A DNA stretch of 64,000 nucleotides from NCBI GenBank assembly GCA_016700315.1, contig CP065013.1:257449-321448 (forward strand), given 5' to 3'. Of this stretch, positions 16,206-24,588 are shown piece by piece. The DNA comes from Candidatus Saccharimonadota bacterium. Lineage in GTDB: Bacteria; Patescibacteriota; Saccharimonadia; Saccharimonadales; SZUA-47. Both the position numbers and the translations under genes were made by a program. The notes beneath the pieces are model-generated. The model was given only the letters and a program-made list of their open reading frames with translations. It searched no databases and was not told the DNA's origin. Every line of letters begins with the position of its first letter. Positions within the stretch are counted from its first letter, which is position 1.

Positions 16206-18707
16206 TAAGCTATTCACCGACTCATAATCTCTAAACTGATTCTCTGGATTATTAACTGCCCCAGCTGGACTAGACAGGTAAAATTCAGGTGTTAGACGTA
16301 TCGTCTCACCCGCCGTGGTAATCGAGCCAGCAAAGGTTTCGTTTGGCGTTGACTGGTTCATCGTTCCCGCCAGCCGCCACAAGTTCAGTTTATTAGTGAT
16401 CACCGCCCCGTTTATCTGTAGTCTCTTGTCAAGGCAAGGGTTGGGTGACATCAAGCTGACATCTGTATCTTTGTTGGCGTTACCCCTCGGATCTCCGGCG
16501 TTCAGCGCCTCGGCATAGCAAGTATAAAGCGTACCATTAGCCACCAAAACGCCGTCGAACCGCGCCAGCCTAGGGCTAATATATATATTACCCGTTGCCA
16601 CAATAATTAGCGACGGCATGTTGCCTACGTTTGTCCAACCAGCGTTGTTATAGGCAATTGCCGCGTCGCCGCTTGGTCCAATGTACGCATCACCATCTAC
16701 ATAAATCCTGTACTTACCACTCACTGCGCCACTAGTCGTGAAGTAAGTATCGCCATTATAGCGCTGCACTGTGCTGCTGCCAGCAGGAGCAGTCGACAGC
16801 GAAACCGCGCCGCCAGCAGCACCGCCAGCCGGCATATCTGCCAACCAATCGGCCGTACACATTGGGTAACCAGCACGGCCACCCAGGTCTTCCTCGGCAG
16901 TTATTGTGCTATTAAACGCCGTCGCATAAGAGTTGGCATCTGGGAAGGTGTTGGCTAGCACCCGCCGCTGCGGGAAAGCATTGTCGGCCCCATTCTGCGT
17001 ACTCGTTCTAAAGCCGGTTATGGAGCCTTGCGCCGTCGCAAGTAGCTGCGATCCCGAACCAACCAAAGCAAACGGATCATTAGCTGTCCGATCCAAGTAA
17101 GTTCTTATGCCAGCAAGCTCATTTGTCTGACAAACCCCTCCCTGCTCAAACCCCGACCCCGCAATCAACTCCCCGCTATAAGCCCTAAAATATGGATAAT
17201 TAGACACCGAGAGCTCCAACGCCGGCACAGAACCATTACAATTTACTACTGTTGCTCCATTTCTGACACTTGCCAGCAGCGGATATATGCCCGGAGGCTT
17301 GTTCACCGTTTGCTCCACAATAATATCGTTCGACGATTGCTGAGGCGTCAAGCTATTATTGCCATTCAGCCCATAGGTAGTATTCGTGGTAACTCCCGCA
17401 GCACCAATCGAGATTAGGTCGATGCTCAGTGGCCAATCAGAGGCAGTTATGTTGCTACCGCCAGTTGCTGCCTCGTTCGTTACTTTAGCAATAACTCTCA
17501 CCCTACCACTTGGCTGAACATTTGGCAGTACGCTATTAATGACTTGGTAAGACAATGTACAGCTCGGCGATCCAGTAACCACCGGGCAACTTCTATTGAG
17601 CGACGAGAGTGATTCGTCGAATGGCATCCACACTTGTAACCCGTTTCTGGCCCCTATATCCCAAAATACCCAAGAGTAGCCGTAGCCCGCCCTAACCGTT
17701 ATAGGGTACTGCACAAAATCATCGTTACCACTTGCGACCCCAAAGTCGGACCTACCACTAGGATTTATAGTTCTAACTATTGCTCCACTTGGGTCGTATT
17801 CATATACCAGCATTTTCGGCATACCTCGCGAATTGAGTGTACCAGGCGGGTTCGACCCGACATTGGCATCGGCATCATATACTTTGAGGAATATTGTCGA
17901 ATCGTTCTGAATAGTGCATCCAGGCTTAAACGACAATGAATACTCCAGATCATTATTGGTTGGCAAGTCGGTCTTCAAGGCAAAAGCCCCCAGGCCGGTT
18001 GGACCCAACAGGGCCTTTCGATTATTCTGCCAGTTGTTTTGATTATACTTATCTGGAGCACCGTTGGTAGCGTTTGACATAGGATCCGCATCAGAGCTAA
18101 ATCCTACATATGATTGCCCAGAAAGAGCATGTGCCGTAAGCTTGCAGACAACATCTGTCGTAAGAGGATTAATAATTTGTGCAACTACTTTTGTAGTCTT
18201 ATATACACCGTTAGATAACAAGAAATCACTCGGTTGAAAAGTAACTGTCTGGGTACCGGTACCAATGAATGTCGTATCCCTGACGATACCTACGGCATTA
18301 ACGCTGGTAGTAGCATGAGCACACAACCATACCTTGACTCTTATCTGCTGAGCTACAGTTGGCTGAGTCCCCGAGTAAAGTATGAATGACGCATTTGGAG
18401 TATGTAGCGTCGAGCCGGGCGAGCCGTCACTATTAGCATAATAAGATGAAAGATAAACATAAGAACCATTAACATCGGGCCAGGTCGCAGATGTTGTGCG
18501 CGGCACGTTATTACAGTTGTTCGAGGCATTCTTAGCTAGCCCAGTTCTAGGGAAGTCAACCGCTGGAGTTTTGAAGTTAGCGTTAGCGCTGTTAAAACAG
18601 CTTGGCAGCGCTGCTGCTTTTTCGCTGTTTAGTAGCACTGTACATGTAGCGATTAGCCCCAGCAGCACAGCAAACAGTATTGGCCTAGCAAACCTGAATC
18701 TCATCAT
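16191..18707 (-). CDS. Large secreted protein (838 aa) of unknown function, co-oriented with the pilus locus
   Basis: Signal-peptide-like N-terminus MMRFRFARPILFAVLLGLIATCTVLL. G/S/T/N-rich, with no recognisable catalytic motif. Start overlaps the stop of the TPR-like gene. Confidence 0.75.
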   Translation of the reverse strand: MMRFRFARPILFAVLLGLIATCTVLLNSEKAAALPSCFNSANANFKTPAVDFPRTGLAKNASNNCNNVPRTTSATWPDVNGSYVYLSSYYANSDGSPGSTLHTPNASFILYSGTQPTVAQQIRVKVWLCAHATTSVNAVGIVRDTTFIGTGTQTVTFQPSDFLLSNGVYKTTKVVAQIINPLTTDVVCKLTAHALSGQSYVGFSSDADPMSNATNGAPDKYNQNNWQNNRKALLGPTGLGAFALKTDLPTNNDLEYSLSFKPGCTIQNDSTIFLKVYDADANVGSNPPGTLNSRGMPKMLVYEYDPSGAIVRTINPSGRSDFGVASGNDDFVQYPITVRAGYGYSWVFWDIGARNGLQVWMPFDESLSSLNRSCPVVTGSPSCTLSYQVINSVLPNVQPSGRVRVIAKVTNEAATGGSNITASDWPLSIDLISIGAAGVTTNTTYGLNGNNSLTPQQSSNDIIVEQTVNKPPGIYPLLASVRNGATVVNCNGSVPALELSVSNYPYFRAYSGELIAGSGFEQGGVCQTNELAGIRTYLDRTANDPFALVGSGSQLLATAQGSITGFRTSTQNGADNAFPQRRVLANTFPDANSYATAFNSTITAEEDLGGRAGYPMCTADWLADMPAGGAAGGAVSLSTAPAGSSTVQRYNGDTYFTTSGAVSGKYRIYVDGDAYIGPSGDAAIAYNNAGWTNVGNMPSLIIVATGNIYISPRLARFDGVLVANGTLYTCYAEALNAGDPRGNANKDTDVSLMSPNPCLDKRLQINGAVITNKLNLWRLAGTMNQSTPNETFAGSITTAGETIRLTPEFYLSSPAGAVNNPENQFRDYESVNSLPPSF

Positions 18708-19162
18708 GTTCCCAGTATTCCTGCCTCTCGCTCCAACTTGTCTTGTTCTTCCTTAGTAGGTGGTACCTCTGTCTCATCAAGCAGCGGCGCTAGGTTGTCG
18801 GCCATAGCATTTAGCCTTTCAGACTCCGTGCCAAGCCCTGCACTAGCGTAGTACTTAGCAGCTTCTTCGTAAGATTTTTGAGCGCTTTTTAAGTCGTTAT
18901 CAAATGAGTAACACCGCCCCAATGCTTCGTTAGTTGCAGCCAAATCTTTGGCTGCTGCCCCTTTGTCGGCTTGCTTGAGCTTGGCAAACGATTCACCACT
19001 GCACTTGCCTTCAAACAACTGCTGTTTTAGACCTTGACTCTTGTAGTAGTCAGCCGATCGGTTGCCGCTACTTCGAAACTTTAGGTAAAGCCCCAGACAA
19101 ACAACTGCCGCCAGGCCCACCAAGCCGCCCACCATTAGCTTCTTCCTATTAAGCTTAACCAT
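18704..19162 (-). CDS. Membrane-anchored TPR-like protein
   Basis: N-terminal TM (LMVGGLVGLAAVVCLGLYL) followed by Ala/Tyr-rich helical repeats (ALGRCYSFDNDLKSAQKSYEEAAKYYASAG). Confidence 0.6.
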   Translation of the reverse strand: MVKLNRKKLMVGGLVGLAAVVCLGLYLKFRSSGNRSADYYKSQGLKQQLFEGKCSGESFAKLKQADKGAAAKDLAATNEALGRCYSFDNDLKSAQKSYEEAAKYYASAGLGTESERLNAMADNLAPLLDETEVPPTKEEQDKLEREAGILGT

Positions 19163-19300
19163 TATTATTAATATACATCATAATTGAGCTTATTCACATA
19201 ATTAAGCACTAGCCGACTAGCTATAAAAGCACTAAACGCCCGTGTTTTACCACAAGCGTTTAGTATCTATGTACGAATAGCTTTTTGTTTTTAAGAGTAG

Positions 19301-20173
19301 CTACATCTCTCTAGCATTTATTCTAGAAATCGCCCCAGCCCGCACAGGGTAAAGATTCGCATCGCTGTATGGGTCTACACTGATGTTTGCTTTGAGTCCG
19401 TTTTGGACAGGCGCTGGGTGAGCTTCGTCCCATTTAGCCCTAGCATAGGCATCTAATGCGCCTGCTTGGCTAGAATTTAGTTCATCTTCTATGCCCGTAA
19501 AGCGAAACATCTGGCCGTAGTTGGTGTCTATACCTTCTTTATCAGAAGCAGGTTCAATAAACTTTAGGTCGCAGCGCTTAGCAATCGCTACCGCTTCTGG
19601 GCTGCCATCTACCTTAACCACATCACCTTCTTTGTTTCGGTGGTACATCTTAGTAAACAAACTCTTAGCTAGCTCTGGTTCGCCCTGCTGTCCGGCACAT
19701 AGTTCGGCTACTCTTTCTTCAAAGGTTGGGGCTTGGGTGGTGGTAGTGGTGTTAGCGGAGTTCTTCTTGGTGGATTTAGTTGTGCCGCCAGAGCTATTGC
19801 CATTGTTGCTTCCGCCGCCGTTGCCGCCGTTATTACCACCGCCATTGTTACCACCGCCTTGTGGCTTAGTGGTTGTGGTGCGAGGTTTGGTGGTGGAGGT
19901 GCGAGGGCGGGTGGTGGAGGTGCAGACTAGTATAATACCGCCATACTCATCCGTCGTCTGCACACACCCCTCAACCCGTTTCTCTGGTTGTAGTACTTGT
20001 GGGGCTTCTTGAGCTATTGCTTGAGCAGTCGGCACACCGAGTATTGGCGTTAGCACCATACCGGCTCTCAATAACAAGCCTTTTGGTTTCTTAGATTTGC
20101 TAACTTCAGCCATAGGCATAGCACCCATCTCTGGGGATCGTGATAATTCGTTGCTTCTGTTGCTTGCACTCAT
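19301..20173 (-). CDS. Secreted protein with T/P/R and G/N low-complexity linker, unknown C-terminal domain
   Basis: Hydrophobic N-terminal segment, a TSTTRPRTSTTKPRTTTTKPQGGGNNGGGNNGGNGGGSNNG linker, and a good AAGGAG Shine-Dalgarno sequence upstream of the start. Confidence 0.65.
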   Translation of the reverse strand: MSASNRSNELSRSPEMGAMPMAEVSKSKKPKGLLLRAGMVLTPILGVPTAQAIAQEAPQVLQPEKRVEGCVQTTDEYGGIILVCTSTTRPRTSTTKPRTTTTKPQGGGNNGGGNNGGNGGGSNNGNSSGGTTKSTKKNSANTTTTTQAPTFEERVAELCAGQQGEPELAKSLFTKMYHRNKEGDVVKVDGSPEAVAIAKRCDLKFIEPASDKEGIDTNYGQMFRFTGIEDELNSSQAGALDAYARAKWDEAHPAPVQNGLKANISVDPYSDANLYPVRAGAISRINAREM

Positions 20174-20563
20174 GGCTTTCTGCTCCTTACCTGAGACTTG
20201 GGGGGGTTTCTGCTCAGATGATTAGTTAACTTAACTTTGGTCTATCGGTGCTAGCGGGCATTTTACTGTCCCTTGCTGACTGCTTGTACCGATCTTTTTT
20301 TGGCACGTTTTGAGCGTTCGGGCTCTAAGTTTCACAGTTAGTTTACTTTTTCCAGCAGCCTTGTTTACTTACTAAACAACCAGCTACCGAAATACTGACT
20401 AACCTTAACCTTAAAGCACACCCCAACTATACCACACCCCCACCCCCGTTGTCAATAGCCCGATTCTAGCAATTAGCGGGAACGGTAACCTTTACTTATG
20501 ATCTAATGCGCCCCTCGCCTTCCATTACCTCCCACCCAACACCCCTACAGCCAACCTTCATGT

Positions 20564-20599
20564 ACGACATGTTTGCCACGATCGTGGTTTTTATGTCGT
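20564..20599. repeat. Palindromic hairpin element copy 2 (left arm variant ACGACATGTTTGCCACGA)
   Basis: The right arm is identical to copy 1. The left arm has GTTTG in place of AAAAA, giving a U-U internal loop. Preceded by a C-rich tract. Confidence 0.85.
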
Positions 20600-20785
20600 C
20601 TTTTTATACTCACACCCCTGTAATTCACAAGGTAGACCAGGCTGCTTTCACGACTGTCACTACGACTAAGGCGCAGTCAAAACGCTAACCGTTATGCATT
20701 TATCCACCATTTTGCTTATGTTTTACCCAGACTTATCCATACCCCATCCCCACCCCACCAAACACCACTACACCTCCCTTCACGT

Positions 20786-20803
20786 ACGACATGTTTGCCA
20801 CGA
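20786..20803. repeat. Half-copy of the palindromic element (left arm only), preceded by C4 runs
   Basis: ACGACATGTTTGCCACGA is identical to the left arm of copy 2 and is followed by CCAAGCG instead of the right arm. Confidence 0.75.
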
Positions 20804-20852
20804 CCAAGCGTTTTCTTGTAGGCTTCTTGGCTTTCGTATATTTTTTTGTTCG

Positions 20853-21602
20853 CTATACACGTTTACTACCCTCGACTAAGCCGAGTGAAGACTTTTGACT
20901 CAGGAAGTCAGATGTCTCATTAACCGCACGAGCTAACGCTCTCTCGGGTTCAAGATTATTGATTAAACCACTTACATACTCTGCGAAAAATGTGTCGCCT
21001 GCTCCTATAGTATCTCTTAACCCTTCAACTACATTAGACGGTACGAAATATCTTTGTGAATTGTAAAATAGCTCTACTCCAAATATACCATCTGTGATTA
21101 TTAGCATTTTCTTTTTTTGTTCTTCGACAACAGTTTTTGGTATATAACGCATTTCTTCCCTAGTACCTTTTAAGCAAAATATGCTTTTAGAAACCTCTTC
21201 TGCTGCTAACCAATTTTTTTTCCGGCCAAAAAAATCTCCATCTCTTACATAACCTTGTATATCTAAGAAAACAAGACTGTTATGAAAGTCCACGCTAGAA
21301 AGATCCCACTCATCTGATACTGTCGATACTACCACCCATTTTGCTAGTTTAATGTCTATTGTCTTACGTATCTGTCTAGGTTTTTTTATTACCCGACCTT
21401 TTTCGCCATCTCTAGTGACCAGAATTTCTACCTCCAAACTCTTACAAAGAGCGTCGTCAAACGGCACGAAGTTTTTCGAGAAGACACGTTCTAAGAAATA
21501 TGCTGGACCTCGGTAACTATCTTCCAGTAAATCTCCAGACTCACTAATAACTATGTCCCTACTCCGAGTAGAAATAATATAGACTCTGTCACTCTTATTC
21601 AT
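20853..21602 (-). CDS. PfkB-family carbohydrate/nucleoside kinase-like protein (short)
   Basis: C-terminal IGAGDTFFAEYVSGL is the PfkB signature-2 (GAGD). At 249 aa it is shorter than ribokinases. Confidence 0.65.
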   Translation of the reverse strand: MNKSDRVYIISTRSRDIVISESGDLLEDSYRGPAYFLERVFSKNFVPFDDALCKSLEVEILVTRDGEKGRVIKKPRQIRKTIDIKLAKWVVVSTVSDEWDLSSVDFHNSLVFLDIQGYVRDGDFFGRKKNWLAAEEVSKSIFCLKGTREEMRYIPKTVVEEQKKKMLIITDGIFGVELFYNSQRYFVPSNVVEGLRDTIGAGDTFFAEYVSGLINNLEPERALARAVNETSDFLSQKSSLGLVEGSKRV

Positions 21603-22137
21603 ACTTATTTACATATTCCCGCGCTTTACTAAAAGCTATGCTCACTGCTTGCTCTGGTGACTCTGCTGCTAGTACCATCTGTCTTTGTCTGTTATCCATA
21701 AATTGTCCGGCCAGCTTGTCTGACCATCCACCCATCCCTGAGACCACTACCATAGGTATACCTGCTTGATAGGCAACCGTTAGTTCGTTCAATGTCCCGG
21801 ACCCACCACTGATAGCTATTACTACATCACACGATAAGGCGAGTACAAACTCTCTCCCACCTCCTCTTTCCATACCAGTAGGTATAATTACGTCAGCATC
21901 AGATTGTAATATCTTCTTACCCTTACCATAAGTTATTCCTACCGTCAGACCACCTTTTCTTTTTGCGCCTCGACAAGCGACTGTGGAGAGAGAGTCTGAA
22001 TCTTTCTCCGCACCAAAAACCAGTATTCCGCCTTCCTCAGCGATTAACTCTCCTACTCTTTCTGCAATCAGTTCAACTTCCTTAGTATAATTAAGGTCAG
22101 CCATTGAACCCATGACTCCTATCTGAAGTTTACGCAT
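21595..22137 (-). CDS. TIGR00725 / LOG (SLOG) family Rossmann protein
   Basis: IGVMGS N-terminus and AISGGSGTLNELTVAYQAGIPMVVV (PGGxGTxxE-like motif). Overlaps the PfkB-like gene by 8 nt. Confidence 0.7.
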   Translation of the reverse strand: MRKLQIGVMGSMADLNYTKEVELIAERVGELIAEEGGILVFGAEKDSDSLSTVACRGAKRKGGLTVGITYGKGKKILQSDADVIIPTGMERGGGREFVLALSCDVVIAISGGSGTLNELTVAYQAGIPMVVVSGMGGWSDKLAGQFMDNRQRQMVLAAESPEQAVSIAFSKAREYVNKYE

Positions 22138-22260
22138 AATTATTTACTCCTTTTAGTATAATATTTGCATTAATTAATGGTAGATACTCTACTTTTTTTC
22201 ATAGAGTTTTTGCCTCCCGATTTCTTTGTACTAAACTTTCATTATTCTTTCTCCATACTA

Positions 22261-22287
22261 AAAACACCAGCTCGCGCTGGTGTTTTA
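22261..22287. terminator. Hairpin AAAACACCAGC-TCGC-GCTGGTGTTTT, bidirectional terminator candidate
   Basis: An 11-bp stem flanked by A runs and T runs on both sides, in the 520-bp spacer between the PP2C and LOG-like genes. Confidence 0.5.
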
Positions 22288-22659
22288 TTAAATTTAGTTT
22301 TCTACATCAATACGCGAACTTTGAAACTAGCAACATGGTGATGCAAATGGGACTGATTAAGGGATCTTTTCAAAGCTAGCATACTCGCATGCTAGCTCTT
22401 AGGTACCGATTTGTCAACAACCTGCACCCTTACGAGATCTTTCATAACCCAAGTAAAATAGTTTTTGTATAACCATATCGTATAACTAGCTATTGTGTAG
22501 AAGTTACATACTTTTATCAGTATTCGGCCCTACAAAGGCCAGAGAACATACAACGACAAACACAAGATTCGATAAGAGAGTAGACTCATTAAACGAATCA
22601 ACAGGGAGAAGTCTGACAGCAAAGGTTTCTTGCTTCTACGAATTAGCCACAGTTATTTA

Positions 22660-23394
22660 TTATCCCCCTACCTTAAAAACTATTAAACTTGCGTTATCTT
22701 CCGCACCATTATCGAAAACCAGCTGCATTAATTTTTTTACTATAACTTCAGGTTTTAGGCTACATAATTTAGCTATTTCATCTTTCGAAATTACTGGCGT
22801 TTCGTATTTACACTCAGTAACACCATCTGTCATAAGCAACAGTACGTCTCCACGCTCAAGTTTTATTTGATCAAATTTAGTTGCAGATAATACTGGCATA
22901 CGCGCCCTAAGACCCAAAAATGAGAAAGCTCCGAGCCATGTCTTCTCTACTTGCTGTTCGTGAATTATATGCCCATTTCTAACTAAAAACGCTAAGCTGT
23001 CTCCGTATGAATGTAGAATTAGCCTATCCTGTTTTATTTCAGCTGCCACGTAACTGCTTTCAGATGTCCTATCTTTTTCTTCGTCCATTTCACAATGTCC
23101 AAACTTTTTATAAATCATTGATTGTATTTTTAATGCGAAAGATACGGCTTCTGCCCTATTACTAATAAGCTTGCGGGATGACGCCCACACCCGCATAACC
23201 AAGACTGCCGCTTCTTCGCCCCAATGGCTGTCAGCAACAACAAACTTAAGTGTAGAGCTACCAAACTTAGCAAACCCTATCCTATCTTCATTAACATCTT
23301 TTACCAGCCCTCTTGTTGTGGCCATACAAAAATTGTTAGCATAAAAAGTTTGTATTTTTTGCTTGTTATCCTTGACGGGCAAGACGACTTTCAT
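22660..23394 (-). CDS. PP2C-family Ser/Thr protein phosphatase
   Basis: Motifs VADSHWGEEAA, LLMTDGV and AEDNASLIVFKV match the metal-binding Asp motifs of PP2C/SpoIIE-type phosphatases. Confidence 0.75.
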   Translation of the reverse strand: MKVVLPVKDNKQKIQTFYANNFCMATTRGLVKDVNEDRIGFAKFGSSTLKFVVADSHWGEEAAVLVMRVWASSRKLISNRAEAVSFALKIQSMIYKKFGHCEMDEEKDRTSESSYVAAEIKQDRLILHSYGDSLAFLVRNGHIIHEQQVEKTWLGAFSFLGLRARMPVLSATKFDQIKLERGDVLLLMTDGVTECKYETPVISKDEIAKLCSLKPEVIVKKLMQLVFDNGAEDNASLIVFKVGG

Positions 23395-23543
23395 TTTTTA
23401 GATCTCTGCCGTTTCAATGCTAAGGCCGATTGTTTGTAAGATATTAGAAAAATGGCAGGTTGAAGGCACTTTTCCAAATCAACCGTTGGATAAGGCGCAG
23501 GCCCATCTGAAGAAGGATTTGACTCTAATATGATTGTTTCCAT
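23391..23543 (-). CDS. Candidate 50-aa ORF translationally coupled to the PP2C gene
   Basis: ATG at 23541-23543 is preceded by AGAGGAAAG. Its TGA stop overlaps the PP2C ATG (ATGA). Translated by hand as METIILESNPSSDGPAPYPTVDLEKCLQPAIFLISYKQSALALKRQRSKK. Below the ORF-track size cut-off. Confidence 0.35.
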   Translation of the reverse strand: METIILESNPSSDGPAPYPTVDLEKCLQPAIFLISYKQSALALKRQRSKK

Positions 23544-23775
23544 TGTTTACTTTCCTCTAATTTTATTAAAAATCTCCCCTGAGGGAGACTTCCGTTTTTT
23601 ATTCGTAATAATAATCTAGCGGGCGCCTCCTGAAAGCAAATATGCATAATAATATCCTTCTGAAGGGTTAAGAGTTCTTTTTACCATACCGATCGATTAT
23701 AGTACCAACTTTAAATACCGTCAAACCACCCCTTCCCCCCGCCCTACCAAAAAACCTGACCTCACAAGCAATAGC

Positions 23776-24514
23776 GTCAACATAAAAACCACGACCAAAG
23801 GTTTTTATGTTGACTTATAGGGGTAAGACTACTAACATGCGGGTATTATGGGCAGCGGGAATGCGAGAAAGATTAAGCCGAGCAGGCTCAGACCAAGGAG
23901 CCCTAGCAAGGAGCTTACTTCTAAAATAATTGAGTCCGTCTTGAGAGCTAGCGTTTTAGCTGGTTTTACCGCTTCTGCACTACTGATACCAAACTCTCCT
24001 ATCGCCCTAGAGAAACCAGTTAAATTCTTCCTAGATAAATTGGATCAGAAAGAAAAAGAGCGCCAAATCCGCCGCGTAATTACTGAGATGAAACGGCAAA
24101 AAATCGTCAAAGGAAGCTACGAACATGGTCTTGAGATAACCAATAAAGGACGCGAGCGACTAGCAAAACTAGATTACGACAAACTCGAGATATCTGAACC
24201 ACCTTCTTGGGATAAAAAATGGCGCATAGTACTCTTCGACATTCCTTTTAACAAAGATGAGAAACGTAGAGATTTGTCAGAGAAACTAAAACTAACTGGG
24301 TTTCAGTTACTCCAGCTTAGCGTATGGGTGCATCCGTACCCCTGCCGCGATGAACTAAACAAAATATGTGAGCACTTAGGTGTTGCTAAGTATGTTACCC
24401 TCATAGAAACTGCCCACATTGACCACGAAGAATTACTAAAAAAGCGCTTCAAAAATCTCAAATTACAGTAGTGTGTCAACATAAAAACCTTTGGTCGTGG
24501 TTTTTATGTCGTAC
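23776..24514. mobile_element. Single-gene cassette bounded by 35-bp perfect terminal inverted repeats, each itself a hairpin
   Basis: Left GTCAACATAAAAACC-ACGACCAAA-GGTTTTTATGTTGAC (23776-23814). Right GTCAACATAAAAACC-TTTGGTCGT-GGTTTTTATGTCGTAC (24475-24514). The loops are reverse complements, and 23780-23814 is the exact reverse complement of 24475-24509. Confidence 0.7.
23848..24471 (+). CDS. PaaX-like regulator (winged helix plus Cas2/VapD-fold C-terminal domain)
   Basis: WDKKWRIVLFDIPFNKDEKRRDLSEKLKLTGFQLLQLSVWVHP matches the PaaX C-terminal pattern (W..W.lv.f.ipe..R..R..L...GF..l..svWv.P). A wHTH-like region lies upstream. Confidence 0.65.
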   Translation: MGSGNARKIKPSRLRPRSPSKELTSKIIESVLRASVLAGFTASALLIPNSPIALEKPVKFFLDKLDQKEKERQIRRVITEMKRQKIVKGSYEHGLEITNKGRERLAKLDYDKLEISEPPSWDKKWRIVLFDIPFNKDEKRRDLSEKLKLTGFQLLQLSVWVHPYPCRDELNKICEHLGVAKYVTLIETAHIDHEELLKKRFKNLKLQ

Positions 24515-24588
24515 ATTAGCTGTGTGAGCTAGAAGTACCCAATGGTTCTAGGGATGCTGCTTACGAAATTTATAACTTTGAAGATAGC

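Noticed and set aside
20506-20879. Two ~60-aa plus-strand ORFs in the 20.2-20.85 kb spacer
   Set aside because: They are P/T/H-rich translations of C-run tracts and the palindromic element. They have no Shine-Dalgarno sequence, are on the opposite strand to all neighbours, and overlap the PfkB-like gene end.
23570-23600. Hairpin TCTCCC-CTGA-GGGAGA with flanking T/A runs as a terminator of a plus-strand gene
   Set aside because: No plus-strand gene precedes it. On the minus strand it would sit upstream of the small ORF/PP2C pair with nothing transcribed into it from the PaaX-like side. Its function is undetermined, so it is not listed as a feature.
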